DNA from: an uncultured Candidatus Saccharibacteria bacterium
Lineage (GTDB): Bacteria > Patescibacteriota > Minisyncoccia > Phycocordibacterales > DATDWN01
DNA length: 56,520 nucleotides
Assembly (NCBI GenBank): GCA_964603545.1
Contig: CAZRVD010000001.1
Span: 1,001-57,520 of the forward strand
Direction: 5' to 3'
Each line of letters begins with the position of its first letter. Position 1 is the first letter of the stretch. Both the position numbers and the translations under genes were made by a program. This document shows, piece by piece, positions 9,585 to 20,913 of this stretch. The notes beneath the pieces are model-generated. The model was given only the letters and a program-made list of their open reading frames with translations. It was not told the DNA's origin and did not search any database.

Positions 9585-10017
9585 GGTGGTGGTTAGATAT
9601 CTCTACTTCTATTTTTTCTATATTGTCCTCAACCTTTTTTAGAGTTTTTTCCAGTTGTTTTATCTGGTCTTCTTCTGTATGGATCTCCTCCTCAGTTTTC
9701 TCCGCGAGTTTTTTCTCTCCAGAAAGACCTGTTATTAAAAGTCTGTTACCTATAAAAGCAGATACATAAACACCTGTAATGAGTAGGATTATAGTTCCGA
9801 CTAGGAAAGATAGTGGTCCATCTATAATGTTAAATAAATTTATTTCAGCAACTCCTATCATATAAGCGGTTATAAAGTCCGTAGTATGCCAAACACCCCG
9901 CCAAAACAGTACAACACCAACACCTCCAAGTAGTGCATATAAAAGTGGAAAATGACTCAATTTGGCTCGAGTTCTGTCCTCCAATTTGTCAAAAAAGTTT
10001 ATTATGTATTTAGCCAT
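9577..10017 (-). CDS. Hypothetical membrane protein with C-terminal coiled coil
   Basis: 2-3 TMs (VLFWRGVWH), charged tail. Confidence 0.7.
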   Translation of the reverse strand: MAKYIINFFDKLEDRTRAKLSHFPLLYALLGGVGVVLFWRGVWHTTDFITAYMIGVAEINLFNIIDGPLSFLVGTIILLITGVYVSAFIGNRLLITGLSGEKKLAEKTEEEIHTEEDQIKQLEKTLKKVEDNIEKIEVEISNHHPK

Positions 10018-10067
10018 TCGTTTTCTAATTCTCTGTATTGTGTATAATATTACAATAATAACACAGT

Positions 10068-10820
10068 ATGATTAATAACAAAAAAGCCATAGTCTGTGAT
10101 CTAGACGGAACATTAGCAAAGAGTAAGTCCTCCCTAACCCCAGAAATGTCTGAAGTTTTATGTAAATTACTTTCAAAACATTATTTAGTGGTTGTCTCTG
10201 GAGGGGCTTACAGTCAGTTCCAAAAGCAGTTTCTTACAAATTTTTCTTGTCCAAAAGAACTTCTTAAGAACCTATCTTTCTTTCCAACAATGGGAAGCAC
10301 TTGTTATGTTTATGACTATGAAAAAGACATCTGGAAACAACTTTATGATGAAAAATTTAGTGATGGAGAGAAATTAGAAATAATGAAAGCTCTGAAAGAA
10401 TCCATAGCTGAATCCAGTTTAGATCTCTCTTCACCTTTTGGTGAAATAATTGAGGACAGGGGCAGTCAGATTACTTTTTCAGGTAGGGGTCAGGATGCTC
10501 CGATAGAAATCAAGGTCGCCTGGGATCATGACCAGGCTAAACGAAAAGCACTGGTGGAATTAATCAAAGCAAAAATCCCACAATTTGAAATAAGTATCGG
10601 CGGGACAACTTCAATAGATGTTACAAGAAAGGGTATAGATAAAGCTTATGCAATAGGAAAAATTAAAAATCTTTTAAAAGTAAATGATGAGGATATTATT
10701 TTTGTCGGTGACGCACTTTGGAAGGGAGGGAATGACTCTCCAGTTAAGAAAACGGGGGTGGATTATATACAAGAGGATGGCCCAGATGAGACTCTAGAGT
10801 TTCTTAAGCAGTATATCTAA
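10068..10820 (+). CDS. HAD-IIB phosphomannomutase (eukaryotic PMM-like)
   Basis: DLDGTL, VSG, EDRGSQITFS, GGTTSIDV, FVGD...GGND; next to a PMI cupin. Confidence 0.8.
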   Translation: MINNKKAIVCDLDGTLAKSKSSLTPEMSEVLCKLLSKHYLVVVSGGAYSQFQKQFLTNFSCPKELLKNLSFFPTMGSTCYVYDYEKDIWKQLYDEKFSDGEKLEIMKALKESIAESSLDLSSPFGEIIEDRGSQITFSGRGQDAPIEIKVAWDHDQAKRKALVELIKAKIPQFEISIGGTTSIDVTRKGIDKAYAIGKIKNLLKVNDEDIIFVGDALWKGGNDSPVKKTGVDYIQEDGPDETLEFLKQYI

Positions 10821-10885
10821 CATAGATATCAACATTTACTCGTTATTTATAGTTTTATTTCGTTTTTGTGTGTTAAAATTTAACT

Positions 10886-11227
10886 ATGGAATCCGAAACC
10901 ACCAAAAGACCATGGGGGTCATTTACTCGTTTTACAAATAATGAACCTTCTACTGTAAAGATTTTACATATCGATAAGGGGGAAGAATTTAGTTTGCAGT
11001 ATCACACTCACAGGCAGGAATTTTGGAAAATATTGAAAGGTAATCCAGAAGTTATTGTTGGAGATAAAACGGAGTATCCACATGAGGGTGAAGAGTTTGT
11101 CATAGAACCACACGTCAACCATCGCATTTTTGCCCCAAATGATGATGTTACGGTTTTAGAGATTTCAACCGGTCAGTTTGACGAGAATGATATTGTTCGG
11201 CTAGAAGACAAGTACAACCGGGTCTAA
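10886..11227 (+). CDS. Mannose-6-phosphate isomerase type II C-terminal cupin
   Basis: RPWG, SLQYH.HR.EFW, HR, LEIS.G..DENDIVRLEDKY.R. Confidence 0.88.
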   Translation: MESETTKRPWGSFTRFTNNEPSTVKILHIDKGEEFSLQYHTHRQEFWKILKGNPEVIVGDKTEYPHEGEEFVIEPHVNHRIFAPNDDVTVLEISTGQFDENDIVRLEDKYNRV

Positions 11228-11245
11228 AGTTATTTTTAAAATTTA

Positions 11246-13129
11246 ATGAAGAAAAGTACTTCCAAATTTAAAAGAATAAAAAATTCTGAAGGAGTGCCTC
11301 TTGCTGTGGCAACAGTAGCTAATGATGTAGTCATATTAAATCGTTTAAATAAAAGAGGTTCGGACTCACTTTTCCTTTCTTGGAGCAAAAATGGAGTGGA
11401 TTTTGTTAATGACTCTCAAAAAGTAACTCTAAAAACTTTAGGTAAAAAGTCTGAGAAAATAAGTTCTTGTTTTAATTTTGGGGTAAGCCGTACTCCCAAT
11501 GGTTTCGTTTTAACTTATTTTAGAAAGGGAAATCTTAGGGTAAAAGATAAACTAGTCATTGCCCGTTCAAAGGACATGTATAAGTGGGAGGTCAAGTCAG
11601 AAGTTTTGGCACTAGATTCAAATCACGCAACCGTTGTGTATGACAAACAGAAAGATAAGTTTGAAATGTACAGGGATGGACTGTTTATTAAAAACCAAGC
11701 TTCAGTTTCACTTGCTGTCTGGAAAGAAAAGCCATCACTTATTTTTACATCTAGAGTTGGACAGTTTGACGCTGGGAAGATAAAAATTATTGGAAGCGCT
11801 GTAACTTCCGAAGGTATCGTTCTTGTTTATGATGCTTCTGTAGAACAAAAAACCAAAACTTTGCTCCAAGCAGGTGCAATAGTCTTTGATTTAAATGATC
11901 CACGACGAGTGATATGGCGTGCCGGGATACCTGTGTGGCAAGGAGTAGTGGATTCAAAAGACAATACAAGACCAATAGAGCCCTTTGGTTTTGCAACTTT
12001 AAAAAAGTCATTCATCTTGTATTGGATAACGGAAGACAAAACACTTATTGTTGCAAAGATCCCACCGATTTTTAGAGAAGCAGAAGACGCAAAGCTTCAT
12101 CCAAAGATTATGGAGAGACACCACGGCAACCCGATTATTGAACCTATACATGGAAGTCCGTGGGAAGGAGAAGGTACGTTTAACCCAGCGGTTGTGGAAG
12201 ATGATGAGGGGATTATACACCTATTGTACAGAGCTGTGGGTAACGACGGTATTTCTAGAATTGGTTATGCAAGAAGTTTAGACGGTAAAGATTTTAGCAA
12301 CAGATACCCATACCCAGTTTTTGAGCCTGCTCGCGGTTATGGCATGCCAGATGGTAGGGTCGCTATGGGTCCACTCTCGTACAACCCATACATATATACT
12401 TCTGGTGGTGGTTGGGGAGGGGCAGAAGACCCTAGAGCAGTTTTGATAGAGGGTAGAGTTTATATGATGTATACGGCTTTTGAAGGATGGAATTCAATGC
12501 GTATAGCCCTGACCTCTATAAGTGTTGAGGATTTCAAAGCAGGGAAATGGAAATGGAAGAAACCAAAACTGATTTCTTCTCCAAAAAACAGAAGTAAAAA
12601 TTGGTTACTTTTTCCAGAAAAAGTAAATGGAAAGTTTGCAATACTCCACAGTATCAGTCCAAAAGTTTTAGTTGAGTATATAGATGATCTAGATAGTTTT
12701 GATGATGTGATACATAGTCCGCGACCCGAAGGTCCACAACCAGGAAGAAAAAATGCTTGGGATCATTTGCTAAAAGGTTCTGGTCCACCACCAGTAAGGA
12801 CAGAACTCGGTTGGCTTCTTTTGTACCATGCACTAGAGAAAAGTGACACTGGCAAATACAGACTTGGAGCTATGATTTTGGATGAAAAAGATCCAACCAA
12901 GGTTTTGTACCGCTCTGCACATCCTATCCTTTCTCCAGATATGCATTATGAAAACGACGGTAAGCCCGGAGTAGTTTACGCATCTGGAACAGTTGTTCGC
13001 GGAGATGATTTGTATGTTTATTATGGAGGAGGTGATAAGGTGGTTTGTGTCGCCACAACACCACTTAAAAAGTTTTTGAAATATCTGACTACTGGCAATG
13101 CAAAGAGCTATCAACTAAAGAAAATATAA
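11246..13129 (+). CDS. GH130 family protein (degenerate N-terminal propeller + GH130 domain)
   Basis: FNPA, LYRA, AEDPR, KNW.LFPEK, YYGGGD only in the C-terminal half. Confidence 0.85.
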   Translation: MKKSTSKFKRIKNSEGVPLAVATVANDVVILNRLNKRGSDSLFLSWSKNGVDFVNDSQKVTLKTLGKKSEKISSCFNFGVSRTPNGFVLTYFRKGNLRVKDKLVIARSKDMYKWEVKSEVLALDSNHATVVYDKQKDKFEMYRDGLFIKNQASVSLAVWKEKPSLIFTSRVGQFDAGKIKIIGSAVTSEGIVLVYDASVEQKTKTLLQAGAIVFDLNDPRRVIWRAGIPVWQGVVDSKDNTRPIEPFGFATLKKSFILYWITEDKTLIVAKIPPIFREAEDAKLHPKIMERHHGNPIIEPIHGSPWEGEGTFNPAVVEDDEGIIHLLYRAVGNDGISRIGYARSLDGKDFSNRYPYPVFEPARGYGMPDGRVAMGPLSYNPYIYTSGGGWGGAEDPRAVLIEGRVYMMYTAFEGWNSMRIALTSISVEDFKAGKWKWKKPKLISSPKNRSKNWLLFPEKVNGKFAILHSISPKVLVEYIDDLDSFDDVIHSPRPEGPQPGRKNAWDHLLKGSGPPPVRTELGWLLLYHALEKSDTGKYRLGAMILDEKDPTKVLYRSAHPILSPDMHYENDGKPGVVYASGTVVRGDDLYVYYGGGDKVVCVATTPLKKFLKYLTTGNAKSYQLKKI

Positions 13130-13132
13130 ATA

Positions 13133-14179
13133 ATGAAGTTTAAATTACAGAGATATCCAAGCAATGAAAATCCTCGACCTATTCTTGAACCAAGAAAAGA
13201 AATTGATTGGGAAGGTGGTGCAGTTTTTAATCCATCTGTTATTTATGATGGAGGTCTTTTTAAAATGTTGTATAGGACGTACCCGAGTAATTTGGAGTTG
13301 GTTAGTCCAAGGCTGAAACGTCCAGGATTTTACTTTAAAAATCAAAATTCATATATTGGTTATGCAGAAAGTAAGGATGGAATTAACTTTGAAAGAAGAG
13401 ATTCTCCTTTTATTTCTCCTGATACGGAATATGATGGTTTTGGATGTGAAGACTCAAGGATTACAAAAATTGAAGATACTTTTTATATAACTTATACTGC
13501 AATTGATAGTCCAATACATAGTTGGGACAAGAAAGACCCAAATATAAAAACGGCAAACGTCCGTATTGCTTTGGCAACAACCAAAGATTTCATTGAGGTA
13601 AAAAAACATGGGGTTATTGGTCCCCCAAAAGCATCCAAAGCATCAGCTTTTTTTTCTGAACAAGTAAATGGAGGGAAAATTGGTCTGTTAATGACGATCG
13701 ACGCCGATTCAGTCAATTCCCATATTGCTATTCGGTATTATGATTCAATTGAGGACGTTTTAAATCAGACAGATGAATCGTGGGCAACTTTTTTAGAAAC
13801 CTCACAAAAAACAGCAGTGCTAAAAACACAATCCTGGCTACACAGAGGACCAGAGCTTGGTGCAACTCCAATAAAAACTGAAAAAGGCTGGCTAGTAATT
13901 TTCTCCAATGAATCAATGTCTGATTCATGGACTATTGGTGCCGCTCTTTTAGATCTTAACGAACCAAACAAAATTGTATCTAGAACATCAGGTTATCTTT
14001 TACAACCCGTAACAAGTTATGAGAGAGAAGGTCTTGTCCCAAACGTTACTTTTCCAGAAGGGGCAGTTATTGTTGGTGATGAATTGTATGTTTACTACGG
14101 TTGTGCTGATACGGTGATTGGTCTTGCTACATGTAAAATTGAAGAGTTATTGAATTATTTGCTCACAAATAAGCTATAA
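13133..14179 (+). CDS. GH130 family glycoside phosphorylase/hydrolase
   Basis: FNPS, GCEDSR, YTA, G.VPNVTFP.G, YYGCAD. Confidence 0.85.
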   Translation: MKFKLQRYPSNENPRPILEPRKEIDWEGGAVFNPSVIYDGGLFKMLYRTYPSNLELVSPRLKRPGFYFKNQNSYIGYAESKDGINFERRDSPFISPDTEYDGFGCEDSRITKIEDTFYITYTAIDSPIHSWDKKDPNIKTANVRIALATTKDFIEVKKHGVIGPPKASKASAFFSEQVNGGKIGLLMTIDADSVNSHIAIRYYDSIEDVLNQTDESWATFLETSQKTAVLKTQSWLHRGPELGATPIKTEKGWLVIFSNESMSDSWTIGAALLDLNEPNKIVSRTSGYLLQPVTSYEREGLVPNVTFPEGAVIVGDELYVYYGCADTVIGLATCKIEELLNYLLTNKL

Positions 14180-14195
14180 GCTTGGGAATATACCA

Positions 14196-15569
14196 ATGAA
14201 AAAGAGTAAATTTAAAAATCTAAAAGCTAGACCAAAAATAAAAGACAGGATGTTCGTTAGTGATTTTATCGATAATGAAATGACCAGAATTTCAGAAGGT
14301 ATAAAAGATCAAAATCTAAAAAGAATGTTTAATCAGTGTTTTCCAAACACTCTGGACACAACAGTTAGTTATTACGAAGATAAAAATGGAAATCCTGACA
14401 CATTTATTGCGACGGGTGATATTCCTGCTATGTGGCTTAGAGATTCCACAAATCAAGTCTGGCCATATTTACAATTCATAAACGAAGATCAGAAAATAAA
14501 GAATCTGTTTATTGGTCTTATTAACCGTCAAGTAAAAAATATTTTGATTGATCCATACGCCAATGCATTTATAGATATTTTGAATAAAAAAAGCAAAACT
14601 TGGTGGAAAAAGGGAAAATCTTGGAAAAAAGAAGTCTGGGAAAGAAAATATGAATTAGATAGTCTATGCGCCTTTTTTAGGCTGTCTGTTGGATATTATG
14701 AGAAGACAAAGGATGCTTCTGTATTTGATAAGGATTGGGTAAAAGCGTTAAAAAAAGCAATTGGAGTTATGAAAAATGAACAGAATTCTCTAACAAAAGA
14801 TAACGCTAAGGAAATGTACCGATTTTACCTTCCTGACAAAAAACCCCATCCTGCTATAAGAATGCGCGGGTTTGGTTATCCAGGAAAAGAATGTGGATTG
14901 GTTAGAAATGTGTTCAGGCCCTCCGACGACGAATCTGTATTTCCTTATTTAATACCAGCAAATGCTATGGCAGTTGTGACTCTTCGAGGGCTATTAAATA
15001 TACTTGAAATGATTAATGAAGCTGATTTGAAAAATAATGTAATTGAATTAGCAAACGAAATAGATTCTGGGATTAAAAAGTTTGGGATCGTTAGTCACCC
15101 AGAATTTGGAAAAATATACGCATATGAGGTAGATGGTTTTGGTTCACATTATGTTATGGATGATCCAAATGTGCCGAGTTTGTTAAGCCTGCCTTACTTA
15201 GGATATTGTTCTGCTGATGATCCTATCTATCAAGCAACAAGGAGGTTTATATTAAGTGAAAACAATCCATTTTATGCTAATGGCAAAATTACTTCCGGTT
15301 TAACAAGTCCTCACACGGGAGTTCTTGATCACTTTTGGCCTATTTCTACTATTATGCAAGCACTTACATCGAATAATGAAGAGGAAATAGTTTCTTGCCT
15401 GGAAACATTAAAGAAAACTCATGCTGGAACTTATTTTATGCACGAAAGTGTTAATGTTGATAATCCTAAAAAATATACCAGGCCCTGGTTTGGGTGGGCT
15501 AATTCTTTATTTGGAGAGTTAATAATTCAACTAATGAATAGAAATTCAAAAATATTTGAAAGAGTGTGA
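14196..15569 (+). CDS. GH125 exo-alpha-1,6-mannosidase-like protein
   Basis: [45 protein letters not shown]. Confidence 0.92.
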   Translation: MKKSKFKNLKARPKIKDRMFVSDFIDNEMTRISEGIKDQNLKRMFNQCFPNTLDTTVSYYEDKNGNPDTFIATGDIPAMWLRDSTNQVWPYLQFINEDQKIKNLFIGLINRQVKNILIDPYANAFIDILNKKSKTWWKKGKSWKKEVWERKYELDSLCAFFRLSVGYYEKTKDASVFDKDWVKALKKAIGVMKNEQNSLTKDNAKEMYRFYLPDKKPHPAIRMRGFGYPGKECGLVRNVFRPSDDESVFPYLIPANAMAVVTLRGLLNILEMINEADLKNNVIELANEIDSGIKKFGIVSHPEFGKIYAYEVDGFGSHYVMDDPNVPSLLSLPYLGYCSADDPIYQATRRFILSENNPFYANGKITSGLTSPHTGVLDHFWPISTIMQALTSNNEEEIVSCLETLKKTHAGTYFMHESVNVDNPKKYTRPWFGWANSLFGELIIQLMNRNSKIFERV

Positions 15570-15581
15570 TAAAATAAAAAT

Positions 15582-17489
15582 ATGTTTGTTGTAAAAAGAT
15601 CAAAACTTAATCCGATACTTGCGCCAAATCAAGCAAACTCTTGGGAGAATTATGCTGTCTTCAACGGCAATCCAGTAATGATAAAAGATAAGGTTCATTT
15701 AGTATACAGAGCTCAATCCACACCAGAAAAAGTAGAGGGTATTAATTTTTCTCTATCGGTTATAGGAAAAGCAGAAAGTAGAGATGGAGTGAATTTTAAA
15801 AACAGGCAAGTGTTCATAAAACCAGAACATCCATGGGAAAGATATGGTTGTGAAGACCCAAGGGTTACAAAAATAGACGGTAAATATTATATTTTCTACA
15901 CAGCCCTTTCGGCATTCCCACTTAATATTCCAGAGGGAATTAGGGTAGGACTCGCGATTAGTCGTGATATGAAAAAGGTTTCTGAGAAGCACATCATCAC
16001 GCCTTTCAACGCAAAGGCAATGACTTTGTTTCCAGAAAAAATAAACGGAAAATACGTCGCATTACTTACAGTAAATCCTGACCGCTTGCCAACACACATG
16101 GCTATAGCAGAGTTTACTAAACTTGAGGACATGTGGGACGAGAAGTATTGGAAGAAATGGTACGACAAACTAGATAAACATATTTTTATTAGAGGTGACG
16201 ACGTAGACAGAATAGAAATTGGAAGTTGTCCTCTGAAAACCGAGAGAGGTTGGCTTCTAGTAACATGTAGAATCCAAAATCATACTTCACCAGACAGAGT
16301 TTTTGCTATTGAGGCTATTCTTCTTGATTTGAAAGACCCTAAAAAAATAATTGGCAAGACTCGAGGAGCCCTGGTTGTACCAGAAGAAAATTACGAAATA
16401 AATGGAACAATAGGAAATACTATTTTTCCAAGTGGAGCATTCATAAAAGATTGTGATCTTTATATTTACTATGGCGCCACAGACACGACCATTGCAATGG
16501 CAAAGGTAAATATAGATGGACTTCTTGATGTTATGGAATATCCATATAGAGAAATAGGTTTTCACCGCATAGGAGAGGGAGCTTTGATGAAACCTAGAAA
16601 AAATATACCTTGGGAAGAAAAGGCAATATTTAATCCCGCAGCTATAGACGTTGATGGAACTGCCAGAATATTTTACAGAGCAATGAGTCTAGATAACACT
16701 TCTGTTGTTGGTTATGCAGAAAGTGTAAACGCTACGGATATTTCTTATATTTCTGACAAGCCGGCATATGTTCCAAGAGAATCTTTTGAAAATAAAGGTG
16801 TCCCGGGTGGAAATTCAGGTTGTGAAGATCCGAGGTTAGTGAAAATAGGTAATACGATATATATGTATTACACAGCTTACAATGGCGTTACGCCTCCATC
16901 TGTCGCGATGTCTAGTATAAAAGAAAAGGATGTTAAAAACAGAAAATGGAATTGGACCAAACCAGTTTTAGTTACGGCTGATGGGGTTGACGACAAGGAC
17001 GGATGTCTTCACCCAGAAAAAGTAAACGGTAAGTATCTTCTATATCACAGAGTCGACAATCATATTTGCGTTGATTTTGGTTCCACCCCGGCTTTTCCAG
17101 AAAGAAATAGTTTTAAAAATATACCACTTATAAAAGCCAGAAAGGGAATGTGGGATTCTGTAAAAGTGGGGATGTCTGTTCCACCAATAAAAACCAGTAA
17201 AGGCTGGATACTGCTTTATCATGGAGTTTCTGGGAGGTCTCGTTATAGAGTGGGTGCAGTACTCCTTGACTTAAAAGACCCTACAAAAGTGCTTGCTAGG
17301 ATGACAGACCCTATATTTGAACCTCGTGAGGCCTATGAGATAGCAGGTCAGGTGAACTACGTGGTGTTTCCTTGTGGAGCAATAGTTAGAAATAGTTATA
17401 TTTACATGTATTATGGGGGAGGGGATGATGTTGTGGACGTAGCATCAATCTCACTTAAGAAATTACTAAGTGTTTTAACTACAAAATAA
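15582..17489 (+). CDS. Tandem double GH130 protein
   Basis: Two domains, each with FN, YRA, GCEDPR, YTA and YYG..D. Confidence 0.88.
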   Translation: MFVVKRSKLNPILAPNQANSWENYAVFNGNPVMIKDKVHLVYRAQSTPEKVEGINFSLSVIGKAESRDGVNFKNRQVFIKPEHPWERYGCEDPRVTKIDGKYYIFYTALSAFPLNIPEGIRVGLAISRDMKKVSEKHIITPFNAKAMTLFPEKINGKYVALLTVNPDRLPTHMAIAEFTKLEDMWDEKYWKKWYDKLDKHIFIRGDDVDRIEIGSCPLKTERGWLLVTCRIQNHTSPDRVFAIEAILLDLKDPKKIIGKTRGALVVPEENYEINGTIGNTIFPSGAFIKDCDLYIYYGATDTTIAMAKVNIDGLLDVMEYPYREIGFHRIGEGALMKPRKNIPWEEKAIFNPAAIDVDGTARIFYRAMSLDNTSVVGYAESVNATDISYISDKPAYVPRESFENKGVPGGNSGCEDPRLVKIGNTIYMYYTAYNGVTPPSVAMSSIKEKDVKNRKWNWTKPVLVTADGVDDKDGCLHPEKVNGKYLLYHRVDNHICVDFGSTPAFPERNSFKNIPLIKARKGMWDSVKVGMSVPPIKTSKGWILLYHGVSGRSRYRVGAVLLDLKDPTKVLARMTDPIFEPREAYEIAGQVNYVVFPCGAIVRNSYIYMYYGGGDDVVDVASISLKKLLSVLTTK

Positions 17490-17490
17490 A

Positions 17491-17814
17491 ATGGGAATAG
17501 ACGGAATACCACAAATGCCAACGGGAGAGAGTATGCCAACAAAAGAAGAAATTCTGAATAAACTTAAGTCAGAAGGGCTAACGGAAGAAAACAAAGCAAT
17601 GGTTATAAGATGGACAGAATTACAAGAAGCTGAAGTAAAAAACTCCAGAGATGCTATTTTATTAAATATACAAAGAATTGATTTTTATCTTGCAGTCAGC
17701 GACGATGACGGAGCTTGGGAATGTGCGCAACAAGCATTTGAAAATGCTTATAGGGAAGGTGAGGAAGATCTCTGTGAAAAGCTTCGCAAAATTTATCCCG
17801 GTTTGGGCTTATAG
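17491..17814 (+). CDS. Hypothetical acidic helical protein
   Basis: 107-aa ORF starting 1 nt after the previous stop. Confidence 0.6.
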   Translation: MGIDGIPQMPTGESMPTKEEILNKLKSEGLTEENKAMVIRWTELQEAEVKNSRDAILLNIQRIDFYLAVSDDDGAWECAQQAFENAYREGEEDLCEKLRKIYPGLGL

Positions 17815-17817
17815 TTA

Positions 17818-18993
17818 TCACCTAGTATCTTTAAGGGCTAAAGAGTAGCGAGTTCCCAAAATCATAATAATTCCAACAAATATAAAAATATATTGGAAGG
17901 AGATAAATTGGAGTAAAATGGTTGCTATGACAGGTGCTAAAACTAGTGCCAGGGGTCTACTTACACGAAACAGACTGATAACATCCGTCTGCTCCTTTTT
18001 TACTTGTTTGAAAAAATAGCTCTCCGTACTGACTTCTACCAAACTTGCTCCCACTCTTGTTATGAAAAGCAGTACAGCCCAAACCCAAAAGTTTTTGAGC
18101 GTTATAAAACTTATTATTAGAGTAAAAATTCCCATTATAATAAGTCCTATGGTTAAAAATTCTTTCTCTCCGTATTTGTCATCCGCCATCTCTCCAACTG
18201 GTAGTTCAAACAAAACAAAAGGCAGGAGCATTATTGTAAAAATAACTCCTATTTCTGACCACGAAAACCCAATGTATTTTTCCAGATAAAGCGGAGTGTA
18301 AATAACCATAAAACCGTAGAAAAGTTGAAGCAAGGTGTGTGATATAAAAATATTGTATAGGTTTTTATTTACGAGATATTCACTTAGAGTTTCTTTTACT
18401 CGTATGTGATGCATTTTTACTTCTTTAATAAATTTGAATTTTCTTATGGAGAAATACATGGGAATCATAAGTAGTGCAGATAAAATATAGACGAGTGAGT
18501 AGCTCCCATTTTTTACCAAAAACGCAATAGACAGCGGAGCCAGAACTATCATTACGTTTGTTATGGTCAGATATGTTCCTCTTATACTACCAGTTATAGA
18601 CTCGTCATTTGATACACTTTCAACGAAGACATCCATATTAAAAAGAAGTATGGATATTGCCGATAGGTGTATCATAAAACTTATTCCAGCAACTAGTGCT
18701 GTTGTAGGGAAAACCAAACCAAAAACAGCTAAAAATTCTAAGAGAATGACTATTGTCGCGAATCTATAGTTGCTTATTTTCTCCAGTATTTTTGAAGCGT
18801 TTAAAAGTATTAGTACGTTTACTAATGAGCCAATTATATACAAAGCAGAGATCTGTGTTTCTGAGAAAAATTTACTCAGAAAAGACGAGTTTAGATATAT
18901 CACTAGTGCATAGTGAAAAGATATGAAAGTGTTGGATAAAAACAGGGAGTTAAGAAGCTTATTTTGTCTGAAGGGTAGAAGAATCCGATCCAT
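17818..18993 (-). CDS. MFS transporter
   Basis: ~12 TMs; G.MADDKYGEK loop motif. Confidence 0.85.
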   Translation of the reverse strand: MDRILLPFRQNKLLNSLFLSNTFISFHYALVIYLNSSFLSKFFSETQISALYIIGSLVNVLILLNASKILEKISNYRFATIVILLEFLAVFGLVFPTTALVAGISFMIHLSAISILLFNMDVFVESVSNDESITGSIRGTYLTITNVMIVLAPLSIAFLVKNGSYSLVYILSALLMIPMYFSIRKFKFIKEVKMHHIRVKETLSEYLVNKNLYNIFISHTLLQLFYGFMVIYTPLYLEKYIGFSWSEIGVIFTIMLLPFVLFELPVGEMADDKYGEKEFLTIGLIIMGIFTLIISFITLKNFWVWAVLLFITRVGASLVEVSTESYFFKQVKKEQTDVISLFRVSRPLALVLAPVIATILLQFISFQYIFIFVGIIMILGTRYSLALKDTR

Positions 18994-19019
18994 TTAACAT
19001 ATTGTAACTTAATTCTTTT

Positions 19020-20858
19020 TTAAACTCCAAGAATAACTGGTATAACAATCGGCTTTTTAGCCGTTTGTTGGAAGAGGTATCTACCTACGTCGTCAACAAG
19101 TGCACCTTTGATTAAATCAAAATCAATCGGGTTCATACCACGGGTGGTGTCTTCTGTTGTTTTCTTTATTATCATTCGGGTGTGGTTTAGCAAATCTTGC
19201 GACTCACGTAGGTAAACGAAACCACGGGATATAATATCAGGGGATTTCTTTAACTTGCCAGTTTTTGTGTTTAGACTGACGACGATAAGGAAAATTCCGT
19301 CTTGAGCAAGCATTTTTCTGTCTCTTATAACCATCTCTTGGATGTTTCCAACAGCAAAACCATCAACAAGCACTAGACTTGATGGAACTTTTTCTTTTAG
19401 AATTCTAATCTTATCTCCGTTATCGTAAATCTCTACAATAGAACCATTGTCTGGTATGACCACACTTTCTTTGTTGTGGCCTAGGGAATAAGAAAGTTCT
19501 GCATGCTGGCAAAGCATATAGTGTTGTCCATGAACTGGCATAAAGAATTTGTAAGGAATTTGTTGGTGTATCCACTTAAGCTCGTCACGGTTTCCATGGC
19601 CCGATGCATGAATGTCTGAGTCCAAATATGTAACAATCTTTGCACCAGATCTGTACAAGTTGTCTTTAAGGTTCACAACTGACTTATGGTTTGTTGGGAT
19701 AACTGACGCAGAAAGTAAAACGGTGTCAGTAGGTTTTAGTCGGACATATTTGTGAGTTTTGTTTGCTATTCGCATTAAAGCTGCGAATTCTTCTCCTTGA
19801 GCGCCCGTTACAAGCATAACAATCCTGTCTGGAGGGTAGTTTTCAATGTCTTCAAGTGGAATAATATTGTTAACCTCCACTAGTTTTAGTTGTTTTATTA
19901 TTTCAATGTTTGATTTCATTGACCGGCCTTCAATGACAAGTTTCTTTCCGTACTTTTCAGCAGATTTTATGATAGAAATTATTCTTTCTACTTGAGATGC
20001 AAAAGTCGCAATGATCAGTCTACTTTTTGTATCTTTTATAAACTGGTCTATGTTTTCTACCACTACGTTCTCAGAAAGAGAGAAGCCTGGTTTTTCTATA
20101 GAAGTTGAGTCCATAGTGAGAAGAAGAACATTCATATCCTTAAATCTTTTGTATTGCTCTATTTCTTCTTCTGTTGGTACTCCCTTTATGTTATCCACTC
20201 TCACATCTTCAATAAAAACAATATTTCCCTGCAAAGTTTCTATAACAAGTCCCATTGAGTCGGGGATAGTGTGAGAAATAGGAAAAGTTTTTATTTTAAG
20301 TGCGCCACAAGTAATAGTTTCATTTCCATCTATGATTTGGATATCAAGAGGTTTCAGGTGAGGGAATTCATCCTGTCTTTTTTGAATCATTATCGCTCCA
20401 AATTGTCTTGTAAATATTTTCGGATAACCAATACGATCTATGATAAACGGTAGACCGCCTATGTGGTCCAAGTGTCCGTGCGTAATAAACACCCCCTTTA
20501 TTCTCTCCTTGTTATCTTCTAGGTATTTTGTATTTGGCAAAATATAGTCAATTCCGGGCGTATCTTCATCTTTGAACTGAAAACCAATATCAACAACGAT
20601 AATATCTCCCTTATACTCAATCATCGTCATGTTTCTACCTATTTCCTCAACTCCTCCAAGCGGTATTATTCTGATGTTGTCTCCTTCAATTGGAGGGATG
20701 ATATCCTCAGTTTTCCTCATCGTATTTCTTACAGTTGGAGTGTCTCGTCTACCGAAAGATTTGCCTCGGAAAGACTGCCTACTCCTTGTACCAGAGTGAC
20801 TTCTTGTGTCTCTTGTCGCATTTACTTCTCCTGTCGTTTTTGTTTCTTCTCTTTCCAT
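19020..20858 (-). CDS. rnj: Ribonuclease J
   Basis: PLGGVEEIGRNM, THGHLDHIG, TGAQGE, HASGH, PVHG. Confidence 0.95.
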   Translation of the reverse strand: MEREETKTTGEVNATRDTRSHSGTRSRQSFRGKSFGRRDTPTVRNTMRKTEDIIPPIEGDNIRIIPLGGVEEIGRNMTMIEYKGDIIVVDIGFQFKDEDTPGIDYILPNTKYLEDNKERIKGVFITHGHLDHIGGLPFIIDRIGYPKIFTRQFGAIMIQKRQDEFPHLKPLDIQIIDGNETITCGALKIKTFPISHTIPDSMGLVIETLQGNIVFIEDVRVDNIKGVPTEEEIEQYKRFKDMNVLLLTMDSTSIEKPGFSLSENVVVENIDQFIKDTKSRLIIATFASQVERIISIIKSAEKYGKKLVIEGRSMKSNIEIIKQLKLVEVNNIIPLEDIENYPPDRIVMLVTGAQGEEFAALMRIANKTHKYVRLKPTDTVLLSASVIPTNHKSVVNLKDNLYRSGAKIVTYLDSDIHASGHGNRDELKWIHQQIPYKFFMPVHGQHYMLCQHAELSYSLGHNKESVVIPDNGSIVEIYDNGDKIRILKEKVPSSLVLVDGFAVGNIQEMVIRDRKMLAQDGIFLIVVSLNTKTGKLKKSPDIISRGFVYLRESQDLLNHTRMIIKKTTEDTTRGMNPIDFDLIKGALVDDVGRYLFQQTAKKPIVIPVILGV

Positions 20859-20913
20859 TTATTGTGTTGTTAATTTTTAATTTTTATTATGGCCATACGA
20901 CTACTGCTCGCTT

